Positions 19,668 through 30,893 are shown, counted from the first letter of the stretch. The stretch: 64,000 nucleotides of DNA from Halarcobacter sp. (GCA_048571215.1 CP182352.1:896001-960000); one strand, 5' to 3'. Numbers and translations are program-made. Notes: a model not told the origin generated them from the sequence alone.

Positions 19668-20276
19668 ATGAAAAGAATTATAAAAGTTTTATTTTTCGCT
19701 TTTATTATAAAGCCTATTGTTTTTATTATTTTAGGCTTAAATATAAGAAATAGAGATGCGCTTCCTAAAAAAGGTGGTGCTGTAATAGCTGCAAATCACA
19801 ATAGTCATTTGGATACGATGGTTATTATGAGTTTATACCCTTTATCTTTAATACATAAAATTAGGCCAGTTGCTGCTGCTGATTATTTTATGAAAAATAA
19901 ATTTATAGCATGGATTTCAATTTATTGTATTGATATAATTCCACTAGATAGAAGTGGTGCTTCATCTCAAGATGAACTATTTAAATCTTGTCATAAGGCT
20001 TTAGATGATGGTGATATACTTATTTTATTTCCTGAAGGAAGCCGTGGAAAACCTGAGAAAATGAGTAGATTAAAGAAAGGACTTTTTTATCTTTTAAAAG
20101 ATAAAGAAAATATCCCAGTTACTCCTATTTACATGGAGGGTTTAGGAACTGCTTTACCAAAAGGTGAAGCCTTATTTGTCCCCTTTAATTGTAATGTTAA
20201 TATTGGAGATAGTATTACAATTTTTGATAATTCTAAGGAGCTAAATGGTAAGTTGATGGAATTTTTTAATAGTTAA
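19668..20276 (+). CDS. PlsC-like lysophospholipid acyltransferase
   Basis: NHNSHLD and FPEGSR. Confidence 0.93.
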   Translation: MKRIIKVLFFAFIIKPIVFIILGLNIRNRDALPKKGGAVIAANHNSHLDTMVIMSLYPLSLIHKIRPVAAADYFMKNKFIAWISIYCIDIIPLDRSGASSQDELFKSCHKALDDGDILILFPEGSRGKPEKMSRLKKGLFYLLKDKENIPVTPIYMEGLGTALPKGEALFVPFNCNVNIGDSITIFDNSKELNGKLMEFFNS

Positions 20277-20382
20277 ATAAAAAAGAAAGAATATATTTTA
20301 TAAGGAAACAATAAATGGGAATTAAATCTAAAGTTGAGGCACAACAAAGAGTTGAACAAATCAATAATACGCACTAAAATAA

Positions 20383-20667
20383 TTGGAAAGTGAACAGTTT
20401 AATAACTCTAGATTTTTTACAATTGATGCAAGAATTAATCCTAAAATACTTAGAAATAAATATAAAGATAAGACTAAATTTATTATTGCTAAAGGATTAA
20501 TTAGAGTAAACTATATTAACGAAAATGAGGAAATGAAAGTAAATAGTTATATTTCATTTTTAAGTATAAAAAATATTTATATACCTCTTGTGTATCTCAA
20601 ATTATTTGAAAATAACGATAAATATTTAGTAGACTTAAAATATGGAAAAATTTTGAACTATTTATAA
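20383..20667 (+). pseudogene. Probable C-terminal remnant of a DUF4824-like gene
   Basis: SRFFTIDA..P..LRNKY.D..KFII.KG.IR pattern recalled from that family; no N-terminus or RBS. Confidence 0.4.
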
Positions 20668-20862
20668 CTTCTGTTAAGCAGATAGATGATAAGTAAATAA
20701 ATTATTAAAATACGGGAGAGTAAAATACCATTTTTCACAGCTTTTATTATCTTTTCTTTTTTTTCTTTCTCATTAAATTATTTTTATTTATTAAAGGAAT
20801 ATTAACATTTAAGTGGGTAACATCCTTTTTAACTAAACCATACTGTACAGTTATTTTAAGAA

Positions 20863-22179
20863 ATGAGAAAGATGAAAAAAGAAAATATTATTAATATAAA
20901 TTTAATTAAAAGGCTTTTTGTATTTATTGTGGGACTTTTTATTATGTCATTTGGAGTTTCATTTTCCGTTAAAGCAGATATAGGAGTATCGCCAATATCA
21001 TGTGTACCATATATTTATAGTGTATATTTTCCCTTAACTATTGGAGAGTTTACAATACTTTTAAATGTTTTATTTATGGGGATTCAAATAGCAATACTTC
21101 GTAAAGAATATAATCTTTTTCAATTGGTACAACTTCCTGCTATTATAGTATTTGGATATTGTATTGATGGTACAATGTTTTTAATAGAGAGTTTAATACC
21201 TTCAAACTATATAGAACAGTTAATCTTATGTTTAATCTCTTGTGCTGCCTTAGCATTTGGTATTTTACTTGTAGTTAAATCAAAACTTACATATCTTCCT
21301 TTGGAAGGCTTAGTAGTAGTTATATCTAAAACCTTTAAAAAAGAGTTTGGAAAAGTAAAAATATCTATGGATACCTTGATGGTAATATTAGGAGTTATCA
21401 GTTCTTTTGTTTTTTTAAATCATTTAGTTGGAATTAGAGAAGGTAGTATTATTGCTGCTTTATCTATAGGAGCAATGATAAAATATTTTAGTACAAATCT
21501 ACCTTTTATTGAAAATTGGCTTGCTGATGAAGTTACAAAAGAATCAGATGTTGAAGATATTAGTGATAAATATAACAATACTTTTGTGATTACTATCTCA
21601 AGAGAATACGGTAGTGGTGGACATGAAATAGGTAAATATATAGCAAAAGAGCTAGGGGTTGCTTTTTATGATAAAGAGTTAATTGATTTAACTTCACAGA
21701 AAACAGGTTATACCCATGAATATATTCAAGAAAATGAACAAAAACTTACAAACTCTTTATTATATGATTTATATGAACAGAACTTTAATTATGTAAATGA
21801 TGAGTTACCACCTAAAGATGTACTTTTTTTAATTCAAAGTAAGATTATAAGAGATATTTGTGAAAAAGAGTCTTGTGTTATTGTAGGACGTTGTGCTAAT
21901 TTTATTTTAAAAGATCATCCAAATTGCATAAATGTTTTTATCCATGCTAATAATGAATACAGAAAAGATAAAATAAATAAAATCTACAAAGCAAAATCAC
22001 CTTTTGGGGATAATGATTTAAAAGACTCTGATGAAAAAAGAGCAAATTATTGTATGCATTTTACAAAAAAGGATTGGAGAGATGCTACTAACTATCATAT
22101 AACACTTGATAGCTCTTTATATGGTTCAAAAGTAAGTGCAAAAAAAGTTATTGAATTTATAAAAGAAAGAAAAATCTAA
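20863..22179 (+). CDS. YczE/YyaS-type membrane domain fused to a cytidylate-kinase-like domain
   Basis: A.IGVSP and GIREGS membrane motifs; VITISREYGSGG..IG and VIVGRCA. Confidence 0.88.
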   Translation: MRKMKKENIININLIKRLFVFIVGLFIMSFGVSFSVKADIGVSPISCVPYIYSVYFPLTIGEFTILLNVLFMGIQIAILRKEYNLFQLVQLPAIIVFGYCIDGTMFLIESLIPSNYIEQLILCLISCAALAFGILLVVKSKLTYLPLEGLVVVISKTFKKEFGKVKISMDTLMVILGVISSFVFLNHLVGIREGSIIAALSIGAMIKYFSTNLPFIENWLADEVTKESDVEDISDKYNNTFVITISREYGSGGHEIGKYIAKELGVAFYDKELIDLTSQKTGYTHEYIQENEQKLTNSLLYDLYEQNFNYVNDELPPKDVLFLIQSKIIRDICEKESCVIVGRCANFILKDHPNCINVFIHANNEYRKDKINKIYKAKSPFGDNDLKDSDEKRANYCMHFTKKDWRDATNYHITLDSSLYGSKVSAKKVIEFIKERKI

Positions 22180-22228
22180 ACTTACATATTCAGAAAAATA
22201 TGAGAGTTTTCTAAGTATAATATTTCAT

Positions 22229-24748
22229 ATGACAAGTTTACCTATATATAGTGTTTTAGATGAAATAAAACAAACATTAAATCAAAATTCAAATCTTATA
22301 CTTCAAGCTCCTCCAGGAGCTGGAAAAAGTACAGTTGTTCCCATATCTTTATTAAAAGAATCTTGGCTTCATTCTGATGATAAATCTAAAATGATTATAA
22401 TGCTAGAACCCAGACGTGTAGCAGCTAGAATGGTAGCTCAACAAATGGCAAAACTACTTGGAGAAGAATTAGGTCAAAGTGTTGGTTATCAAGTTAAAAT
22501 GGAAAGTTGTTATTCAAAACAAACAAAACTTCTTGTTGTTACTGAGGCTATATTAGTTAGAAAACTACAAGCAGACCAAGCTTTAGAAAATGTTGCTATG
22601 ATTATCTTTGATGAGTTTCATGAAAGAAGTATTCATACTGATTTATCTTTGGCTTTATCTTTACAAGTACAAGAGTTGCTAAGGGATGATTTAAAACTTT
22701 TGATTATGTCTGCAACACTAAATTCTAAAGAGTTAAACACACTTTTAACTAATACTCCTGTTATAACTTCTCAAGGTAGAACTTTTGAAGTAGAAAACAT
22801 ATTTTTAGAACCAAATATAAAACAGCCTGATTATAAATCTATAAATACTATCCTTTTAAATACAGTTTTAAAATCTATAAAAGAGGATGAGGGTGATATT
22901 TTAGTTTTTTTAGCAGGTGCAAGAGAGATAAAAAAATTGCAAGAGTCCTTAGCTGAAGCTTTAAATGGTGAAGATATAGAACTTTTACCTTTATATTCAG
23001 CTTTGAGTAAAGAGCAACAAGATAAAGCAATAAATGGCTCAAACAAAAGAAAAGTAATCCTTTCAACAAATATAGCGCAAACCTCTTTAACCATAGAAGG
23101 AGTAAAAGTTGTAATTGATTCAGGACTTGAGAAACAATCTTCATATAACTATTCAAATGCAATGAATCATCTAAATCTTACTTTTATCTCCAAAGATAGT
23201 GCTGTACAAAGGGCAGGGCGTGCAGGAAGATTAAGCAAAGGAAAATGTTATAAACTGTGGCATAAAGGAAAGATTTTACAAGAATCAACAAAACCAGAAA
23301 TACTAAGAACAGATTTAAGTTCATTTTTCCTTGATTTAGCACTTTGGGGTGTAGAAGATATCAAGGAGTTGAAGTTTTTAGACTATCCTTTTAAAGAGGT
23401 AGAAAAAAGCACAAAAGTTATGTTGCAAGAACTAAAAATGTTAGATGAAAAATATGAGATTACAGTTTTTGGAAAAAAAGCTTTAACTTTAGGTGTTCAT
23501 CCAAGATTTGCTTATATGATATTAAAAGCAAATGAGTTAGGACTTGCATATGAAGCTTCACTTTTGGCTTCACTTTTAAGTGAGAAAGATATATTTAAAA
23601 ACTCATATTCAAATTGTGATATATATTCAAGATTTTTGCACCTTTATGAAAAAGATTTAGATACTTCTTTTATAAACAAATATACAGCAACAACAGTTTT
23701 AAAACAAGCACAATTTTTCTATTCAAAACTAAAGAGTATAGAAAAAATAAATAAAGCCAAAAACAATATTGATGAAGAAGTTTTAGCAGTATTACTTCTT
23801 TTTGCCTATCCAGATAGACTTGCTAAGCAAAGAGGGGTAAATGACAACAGATATAAACTAAGCAATGGTAAAGGCGCTATTTTAAACAGTGAAGATACAC
23901 TATTTAATGAAAGGTTTTTAGTAAGTGCTGTTTTAAATACCCATACAAAAGACTCATATATAAATCTTGCAATTAAAATATCACTAGATAGATTAGAAAA
24001 AGAGTTTAAAGATGATATAAAGATAAAAGAATCAATCACTTATAATAAAGAGAATAAAAAATTTGATATAAGGGAACATCATTGTTTTTATGAGCTTGAG
24101 TTGTATTCAGAACCAATTCCAAATGATGGAAAACATGATTTTAGTGCACTATTTTTAGATCTAATAAAACAAGAAGGGTTAGAGCTTTTAACTTGGAGTA
24201 AAAAAACAATTGATTTACAAAATAGGGTTAATTTTATAAACCAAAATACAAATATCAACTTACCAGATTTTAGTTCAAAGGGTTTATTAAATAATATAGA
24301 TAAATGGCTTAGTCCTTATCTAAATGATGTTAAAACTATAAAAGAGTTAGAAAATTTAGATATTTATACTATACTTATAAGTTATATTCCTTGGGATATG
24401 AGTCAAAAAATAGATACTCTTGCCCCAACACATATAAAGGTTCCAAGTGGTTCAAATATAAAGATTGATTATTCAAATACTCAAACACCTATATTGGCTG
24501 TAAAGATTCAAGAGATGTTTGGTTTAAGTAAAACACCAAAGATTTTAAATAATAGTATAGCTTTACAAATACATCTTTTAAGTCCAGCCTTAAGACCAAT
24601 ACAAATTACATATGATTTAAAAAGCTTTTGGGAAAACTCATATGATGAGGTGAAAAAAGAGCTTTTTTCTAAATATAAAAAACACTATTGGCCCGATAAT
24701 CCTTTTGAGGCACTAGCTACAAATAAAACTAAAAAAAATATGAAATAG
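22229..24748 (+). CDS. hrpB: ATP-dependent helicase HrpB
   Basis: APPGAGKST, DEFHERS, MSAT, QRAGRAGR and C-terminal LLSPA.RP.Q.T.DL..FW...Y..KH.WP. Confidence 0.96.
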   Translation: MTSLPIYSVLDEIKQTLNQNSNLILQAPPGAGKSTVVPISLLKESWLHSDDKSKMIIMLEPRRVAARMVAQQMAKLLGEELGQSVGYQVKMESCYSKQTKLLVVTEAILVRKLQADQALENVAMIIFDEFHERSIHTDLSLALSLQVQELLRDDLKLLIMSATLNSKELNTLLTNTPVITSQGRTFEVENIFLEPNIKQPDYKSINTILLNTVLKSIKEDEGDILVFLAGAREIKKLQESLAEALNGEDIELLPLYSALSKEQQDKAINGSNKRKVILSTNIAQTSLTIEGVKVVIDSGLEKQSSYNYSNAMNHLNLTFISKDSAVQRAGRAGRLSKGKCYKLWHKGKILQESTKPEILRTDLSSFFLDLALWGVEDIKELKFLDYPFKEVEKSTKVMLQELKMLDEKYEITVFGKKALTLGVHPRFAYMILKANELGLAYEASLLASLLSEKDIFKNSYSNCDIYSRFLHLYEKDLDTSFINKYTATTVLKQAQFFYSKLKSIEKINKAKNNIDEEVLAVLLLFAYPDRLAKQRGVNDNRYKLSNGKGAILNSEDTLFNERFLVSAVLNTHTKDSYINLAIKISLDRLEKEFKDDIKIKESITYNKENKKFDIREHHCFYELELYSEPIPNDGKHDFSALFLDLIKQEGLELLTWSKKTIDLQNRVNFINQNTNINLPDFSSKGLLNNIDKWLSPYLNDVKTIKELENLDIYTILISYIPWDMSQKIDTLAPTHIKVPSGSNIKIDYSNTQTPILAVKIQEMFGLSKTPKILNNSIALQIHLLSPALRPIQITYDLKSFWENSYDEVKKELFSKYKKHYWPDNPFEALATNKTKKNMK

Positions 24749-24765
24749 ATAATTTAGGAGAAATT

Positions 24766-25722
24766 ATGAATAGAGTTTACATTACAGATAAGATAACTAA
24801 TCCAGATATAGAAAAAGAGGTTCTAGGAGATGAAATCTCACCTGAACTTCATGAAGATATTGAAGTATTATTAGTTTGGCACAAAAAAATTACAAATGAG
24901 TTTATAGATTCTTTACCAAATCTAAAGGCCTTGGTAAGATATGGCGTAGGTTATGATGTTTTCCAAGATTTGGAATATATCAAAGAAAAAGGGATTTTCG
25001 CTTCAAATACACCTGATTATGGTACAGAAGAAGTTAGTGATACGGCTATTGCAATGATTATGAACATTGCAAGGGGAATTACTAGATATGATTATCAATG
25101 TAGAGAGTATGAAGATGGCACTTGGCAAACTAATACTTTAAAATATATAAAAAGAAATAGTGACTATAAAGTTGGTGTTATAGGGGCTGGAAGAATAGGA
25201 GGAAGCGTAGTCTTAAAAGCAAATGCCCTTAGGTTTCAAACTTACTTTTACGACCCATACCTTTCAAGTGGTACAGAAAAAATGCTTGGAGCAAAAAGAG
25301 TTGATACTCTTGATGAGCTTTTAAAAACTTGTGATATCATCTCTATAAATTGCCCTTTAAATTCAGATACAAATGGTATGGTAAATGAAGAGTTTATCGC
25401 AAAAATGAAAAAAGGTGCCTCTTTGGTAAATACTGCCAGAGGTGCTATAGTAAAAGATTTAGATGTGTTTTATGAGCCTTTAAAAAGTGGTCATTTAAAC
25501 TGTGTAAATCTTGATGTACTTCCAAGTGAACCTCCAAAAGATGGGCAAATGATAGATGCATGGAGGGCAAAAGAAAAATGGTTAGATGGAAGATTTCTTA
25601 TAAATCCACACTCAGCTTTTTATAGTGATAAAGCATATTTTGAGATGAGACAAAAAGCGGCATTAAATGCAAAAAGAGTTTTAGATGGGTTAAAACCTAT
25701 AAATATTGTAAATGGTTTATAA
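24766..25722 (+). CDS. D-2-hydroxyacid dehydrogenase (CtBP-like)
   Basis: RYGVGYD, GAGRIG, NTARG and PHSAFYS. Confidence 0.92.
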   Translation: MNRVYITDKITNPDIEKEVLGDEISPELHEDIEVLLVWHKKITNEFIDSLPNLKALVRYGVGYDVFQDLEYIKEKGIFASNTPDYGTEEVSDTAIAMIMNIARGITRYDYQCREYEDGTWQTNTLKYIKRNSDYKVGVIGAGRIGGSVVLKANALRFQTYFYDPYLSSGTEKMLGAKRVDTLDELLKTCDIISINCPLNSDTNGMVNEEFIAKMKKGASLVNTARGAIVKDLDVFYEPLKSGHLNCVNLDVLPSEPPKDGQMIDAWRAKEKWLDGRFLINPHSAFYSDKAYFEMRQKAALNAKRVLDGLKPINIVNGL

Positions 25723-25815
25723 TAGTATTAATAATTTTAAGTAATAAATATATAATTTTATTATTAGTTTAGAATATTTTATATATAATAATATATTTAT
25801 AATATAAAAGGAAAA

Positions 25816-26682
25816 TTGATGAGATTTTTTATAATACTTACTTTATTCTGTCTTGCAAGTTTTGCACAAACTGATTATCAAAAAAATTTGGAACAAGCTT
25901 ATAAAAATGCAGAATATGCATTGTATAGTGGTCCTCAGGATATAAAAATATTAGATCAGTCTACCTTGGCTCTCCCTTCTGGTTTTGGTTTTGTTCCTAA
26001 AAAGGAATCCTTAGAACTTTTAAAAGCTATGGGAAATACTCCAGGTGATGAAATTGAGGGGATTATCTTTCCATTAAAAAAAGATTCAAGTGGTTTTATA
26101 GTTGTAAGTTATATTGATTCAGGATATATAAAAGATGATGAAGCTAAACAGTGGGATGCAAATGAATTATTGACTAGTCTAAAAGAGGGTACTAAAGCTG
26201 GAAATTCACAAAGAATTAAAATGGGAGTACCTCCTATAGAAGTTCTTGGTTGGATAACTTCACCTCAATATAATGCACAAGAGCATAAATTAATATGGTC
26301 TGCAAAAGTACAAAATATAGGTTCAAATGACTCTAATTATGGAATAAATTATAATACATATATTTTGGGAAGAGAAGGTTATATTAGTATGAACTTTATA
26401 ACTGATTCTATACATATTGAAGCTGGAAAACCAATAGCCAAACAATTACTTTCAAAAATGAATTTTGATGATGGAAAAACATATTCTGATTTTAATGCTG
26501 ATACTGATAAAGTTGCTGAATATGGTCTTGCTGCCTTAATAGCAGGGGTAGCTGCAAAAAAATTAGGTTTATTAGCTGTGATTACAGCTTTCGCAATTAA
26601 ATTTTGGAAAGTAGCATTATTAGGTTTTGCTTTTTTATATAAACCAATACTAAATATATTTAAAAGAAAAAAAGAAAATTAG
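25816..26682 (+). CDS. DUF2167-family membrane-anchored protein
   Basis: GW...P.Y....HKL.W, NYNT..LGREG and DKVAEYGLAALIAG..AKKLGL. Confidence 0.88.
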   Translation: MMRFFIILTLFCLASFAQTDYQKNLEQAYKNAEYALYSGPQDIKILDQSTLALPSGFGFVPKKESLELLKAMGNTPGDEIEGIIFPLKKDSSGFIVVSYIDSGYIKDDEAKQWDANELLTSLKEGTKAGNSQRIKMGVPPIEVLGWITSPQYNAQEHKLIWSAKVQNIGSNDSNYGINYNTYILGREGYISMNFITDSIHIEAGKPIAKQLLSKMNFDDGKTYSDFNADTDKVAEYGLAALIAGVAAKKLGLLAVITAFAIKFWKVALLGFAFLYKPILNIFKRKKEN

Positions 26683-26687
26683 AAAAT

Positions 26688-27404
26688 ATGAAAACACTCT
26701 TACTCCTACTAAGTGCAGGAAAATTAGGAAAAGTTTTTATTACAGGTGGAACAATGGTTTTATCTATTTTTGCATATTCTTTTATTTTTGGAGTTTCTTA
26801 TGCTATAGGATTGGTTTTATTGATATTTATTCATGAAATGGGTCATTTTATTGCGGCTAAACAAAAAGGCTTAGATGTTGGTGTTCCTACATTTATACCT
26901 TTTGTAGGTGCATGGATTAATTTAAAAGAGCAACCAATGAATGTTGAAACCGAAGCATATGTTGGATTTGCAGGTCCTTTTATAGGAACATTAGGAACTT
27001 TGGTTTGTTATTTTTTAGCTAGAGAGTATGAAAGTAATCTTCTTTTGGCATTAGCTTATGCTGGTTTTTTTATTAATTTGTTTAACTTAATACCTATTTC
27101 TCCACTTGATGGAGGGAGAATTACTGCAATTCTTTCTCCAAGAATTTGGTTAGTTGGTATTCCAATTATTATTGGATTTTTTTATTATTATCCAAGTCCA
27201 CTTCTTATTATAATTGTAGTTTTGGCATTTCCTCAGATAATTAAAGCTTGGAAGTATAATCCAGATTTACCTGAAAATAAGAGTTATTATAATGTTACTA
27301 TGGAGAGCAAAGTGACATATTTTATTTATTATATGGGTTTAGTTATTTTTTTAGCATTAATGACCAATAATATTCATATTATGTTAAGTGGTATTCGAAG
27401 TTAA
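26688..27404 (+). CDS. Site-2 protease (M50)
   Basis: HEMGH and NLIPISPLDGG. Confidence 0.94.
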   Translation: MKTLLLLLSAGKLGKVFITGGTMVLSIFAYSFIFGVSYAIGLVLLIFIHEMGHFIAAKQKGLDVGVPTFIPFVGAWINLKEQPMNVETEAYVGFAGPFIGTLGTLVCYFLAREYESNLLLALAYAGFFINLFNLIPISPLDGGRITAILSPRIWLVGIPIIIGFFYYYPSPLLIIIVVLAFPQIIKAWKYNPDLPENKSYYNVTMESKVTYFIYYMGLVIFLALMTNNIHIMLSGIRS

Positions 27405-27542
27405 ATCTTAAAATAAATATTAATTATAGTCATTTTTTTTCTTGGTAATAGTAAAATTATTATATATAAATTCGCTATTTATTCGCATTTAAAATCTTTT
27501 TTATAAATTTTAACTACAATTCTACGAACAAAAAGGTTATAG

Positions 27543-28418
27543 ATGTCAGAAAAATTAAAATCAATAGACAAGGGTGTATTATTTATGCTTTTAAGTGCTT
27601 TACTTGGAGCACTAAATGGAGCAACTGCAAAATTTCTATCTGAGAGTATGGATCCCTTTGAAATAGTATTCTATAGAAATTTATTAGGTTTTATTATTAT
27701 CCTAATTAGTTTAAGAAAATCCCATATATCTTTTGATACTTCAAAGATACATCTACTATTTCTAAGGGGGCTTTTTGGAGCATTGGCTATGGTATTGTTT
27801 TTTTATACCATTGCAACTATCCCTTTAGGGGAAGCTGTTGTTTTAAATAAAACATCACCATTTTTTGTAACTATTCTTGCCTATTATCTAATGAAAGAGA
27901 CAATTACTCTACGTACTTTTTTTGCTCTTATAATAGGATTTATTGGAATACTATTCATTATGAAACCTTTTGATGTAGAGGTATCCCTTGAACATTTTTT
28001 TGGAGTTTTAGGTGGTTTCTTTGCAGCAGCAGCTTATGCAACTATAAAAAAGATAAAAGATATTTATGATGCAAGGCTTATTATGCTTTCTTTTATGGGT
28101 GTAGGTATGGTTATACCTTTAATATTATTTTTATTTACACCTTATGCTAATTTTCAAATACATACTCAAATTTGGGTTTGGGTTTTAGTTGTTTTAATGG
28201 CTCTTGTTTCCACAACATCTCAATGGTTTCTTACCCGTGCATATAGCATTAGTAATGCAAGTATTATAGGAGTTGTAAGTTATACAAATATACCTTTTGC
28301 TGTAGGTTTTGGGGTACTTTTAGGGGATTTGTTGCCAGATTTTTATACACTTATTGGTATTATTTTAATTGTAATAGGTGGAATCTTAGTTACGAAAAAA
28401 TCATCGAAAAAAGGTTGA
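27543..28418 (+). CDS. DMT/EamA transporter
   Basis: About 10 TM segments, two EamA repeats. Confidence 0.9.
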   Translation: MSEKLKSIDKGVLFMLLSALLGALNGATAKFLSESMDPFEIVFYRNLLGFIIILISLRKSHISFDTSKIHLLFLRGLFGALAMVLFFYTIATIPLGEAVVLNKTSPFFVTILAYYLMKETITLRTFFALIIGFIGILFIMKPFDVEVSLEHFFGVLGGFFAAAAYATIKKIKDIYDARLIMLSFMGVGMVIPLILFLFTPYANFQIHTQIWVWVLVVLMALVSTTSQWFLTRAYSISNASIIGVVSYTNIPFAVGFGVLLGDLLPDFYTLIGIILIVIGGILVTKKSSKKG

Positions 28419-28422
28419 TTTT

Positions 28423-29409
28423 ATGGAAAGCAGTGATGTTTTATATCAAAAAATTGCTGATGAATTTAATCTAGGTAAAATATCATTTATTGAAACTATT
28501 CAGATTTTATGGAGTGGTTATGGTAAGTTAGTACGTTTGAAATTTTCAAATAAAAGTATAATTGTAAAACATGTAAAACTTCCAAAAAAATCATCTCATC
28601 CAAGGGGATGGAATACTGACCTTTCACATAAAAGAAAACTTCATTCTTATGAAGTAGAGGTAAATTGGTATAGAAAGTTTAGTAAAAATATAGATAATAA
28701 TTGTCGTATTCCACAAGGTTTAAAATGTATTCAACATGAAAATGAATGGTTAATTGTTATGGAGGATTTAGCAAATATAGGTTTTACTTCTACCCCCTCC
28801 TATGCCTATAAAACACATCTTGAATCTTCCCTTTCTTGGTTAGCAAATTTTCATGCTAAATATATGAATGTAAAAACAGATATTATCTGGGAAATAGGTA
28901 CTTATTGGCATCTAGATACAAGACCTGATGAGTTTAAATTATTAGAAGATAAAGAGTTAAAATCTTTTGCAAAACCTATAGATATTATATTAAATACTAC
29001 AAAATTTCAAACAATAGTTCATGGCGATGCAAAGTTAGCTAATTTTTGTTTTAATTCAGATGGAACATCTTGTGCTGCTGTTGATTTTCAATATGTAGGT
29101 CATGGCTGTGGGATGAAAGATATTTCATATTTTATGAGTAGTACTATTGAACCAGAACTAAGTGAAAAAATGGAAGAATGGATTCTTGATACATATTTTG
29201 ATGCACTTGAAGTTGCATTAAAAAACTATCAACCAGATATTGATATTTTAGATGTAGAAGAGGAATGGAGACCTTTGTTTTGTGTTGCATGGGCTGATTT
29301 TCAAAGATTTTTAAAAGGTTGGAGTCCAAATCATTTTAAAATCAATGAGTATTCAGAAGAACTTACATCAAAAGCATTAGCTTATTTAAAATCTAAAGAA
29401 TCATATTAA
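28423..29409 (+). CDS. Phosphotransferase (APH/choline-kinase-like)
   Basis: LWSGYG, HGDAKLAN and DFQY.G.G. Confidence 0.9.
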   Translation: MESSDVLYQKIADEFNLGKISFIETIQILWSGYGKLVRLKFSNKSIIVKHVKLPKKSSHPRGWNTDLSHKRKLHSYEVEVNWYRKFSKNIDNNCRIPQGLKCIQHENEWLIVMEDLANIGFTSTPSYAYKTHLESSLSWLANFHAKYMNVKTDIIWEIGTYWHLDTRPDEFKLLEDKELKSFAKPIDIILNTTKFQTIVHGDAKLANFCFNSDGTSCAAVDFQYVGHGCGMKDISYFMSSTIEPELSEKMEEWILDTYFDALEVALKNYQPDIDILDVEEEWRPLFCVAWADFQRFLKGWSPNHFKINEYSEELTSKALAYLKSKESY

Positions 29410-29430
29410 AATAATAAGATAAGAAAAATA

Positions 29431-29898
29431 ATGAAAATAAAAATACCAGGAAAAGAACCTTTTGAAATAAAAAGTATAGTGTTTGACTACAATGGCACAA
29501 TTGCAATTGATGGGAAATTAATAGAGGGTGTTTCAGAAAATATAAATGAACTATCAAATGAATTTAATTTTTATGTAATCACAGCAGATACTTATGGGAC
29601 AGTAGAAAAAGAGCTTGAAAATACAAAGTGTAAAGTTATAACTATTGGAAAAAAATCACAAGATATTTGTAAATTAGATTTTATAAAAGAGTTAGGTTCA
29701 AATACTACATTAAGTGTTGGAAATGGAAGAAATGATATGTTAATGCTAAAAGAATCTATTCTTGGAATTGCAATATTGCAAGATGAAGGTTTATGTAGTG
29801 AAACACTAATAAATTCAGATCTTTTAGTAAAATCAATTTTTGATATATTCTCTTTTTTAAAAGATTCAAATAGACTAATTGCAACAATTAGAAACTAA
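29431..29898 (+). CDS. HAD-family hydrolase (soluble P-type ATPase-like)
   Basis: DYNGT, TADT and GNGRND. Confidence 0.9.
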   Translation: MKIKIPGKEPFEIKSIVFDYNGTIAIDGKLIEGVSENINELSNEFNFYVITADTYGTVEKELENTKCKVITIGKKSQDICKLDFIKELGSNTTLSVGNGRNDMLMLKESILGIAILQDEGLCSETLINSDLLVKSIFDIFSFLKDSNRLIATIRN

Positions 29899-30039
29899 TA
29901 ATATTTAACTAATAAAAGATTTATTTTAACTCCTTTAAGCATCTTTTTAAGATAATTAATATATAAATTTATTACGTCTTGAGTTAAGTGTTTTTGTGTT
30001 TTTAAACAAATATAGATTTCAAAAATAAAAGGATTGAAA

Positions 30040-30306
30040 ATGGCTGAAATTACTATGCCTGGTGGTTGGAGTAAGTATCATGAACTTACAGCTGAAGATA
30101 GAGCAGTATTTGATGAAGCGTTAGAAGGATTTAGTGGAGTTCACTATTCTCCTTTTTTAGTTTCTACTCAAATCGTTGCTGGTGAAAACTATAAATATAA
30201 GTGTGAAGCTTCAAAGCCTCCTGCTGAAGTTATGTGGGAAGCTATTCTTGAAATATTTAAACCTTTAGATGGTAAAGCTTATATTGTAAGTATTACAAAA
30301 ATTTAG
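30040..30306 (+). CDS. Small cystatin-like hypothetical protein
   Basis: N-terminal GGW and QIVAG (QxVxG) followed by NY. Confidence 0.7.
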   Translation: MAEITMPGGWSKYHELTAEDRAVFDEALEGFSGVHYSPFLVSTQIVAGENYKYKCEASKPPAEVMWEAILEIFKPLDGKAYIVSITKI

Positions 30307-30391
30307 ATCTTTTAACTCTCCTCTTTTTTTGTAGCTTTACATTTTTAAATGGGGAGAGTTCTTTTATTTTTATATATTCTATTCTTTTATA

Positions 30392-30787
30392 AAAAATTAA
30401 AATCAATAGACAAGGGTGTATTATTTATGCTTTTAAGTGCTTTACTTGGAGCACTAAATGGAGCAACTGCAAAATTTCTATCTGAGAGTATGAATCCCCT
30501 TGAAATAGTATTCTATAGAAATTTATTAGGTTTTATTATTATCCTAATTAGTTTAAGAAAATCCCATATATCTATTGATACTTTAAAGGTACATCTACTA
30601 TTTCTAAGGGGACTTTTTGGAGCATTGGCTATGGTGTTGTTTTTTTATACCATTGCAACTATCCCCTTTTGCAATAGGTTTTGGTGTGATGTTAGGTGAT
30701 TTATTTCCTGATATCTATACTTTTATTGGTATTGTTTTTATTATGATAGGTGGTATTTTAGTTAGTAAGAAGAGTAAACTTAAATAA
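30392..30787 (+). pseudogene. Internally deleted paralogue of the DMT gene at 27543
   Basis: 30392-30665 is near-identical to 27550-27823 and is joined out of frame to a diverged C-terminus (PFAIGFGVMLGDLFPDIYTFIG...). Confidence 0.88.
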
Positions 30788-30893
30788 GATAATTTTTTTT
30801 AAAAAATAATTAAAAAAAATAAACAAAAATTTATCTGCTTATATTTTAATTTTTAGGATATACTGTATCAAGAATATAAATAAAGGAGATGCA

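Noticed and set aside
30349..30699. 116-aa DMT-like ORF as a functional gene
   Set aside because: Chimeric reading of a deleted paralogue; its start lies in a terminator-like hairpin.
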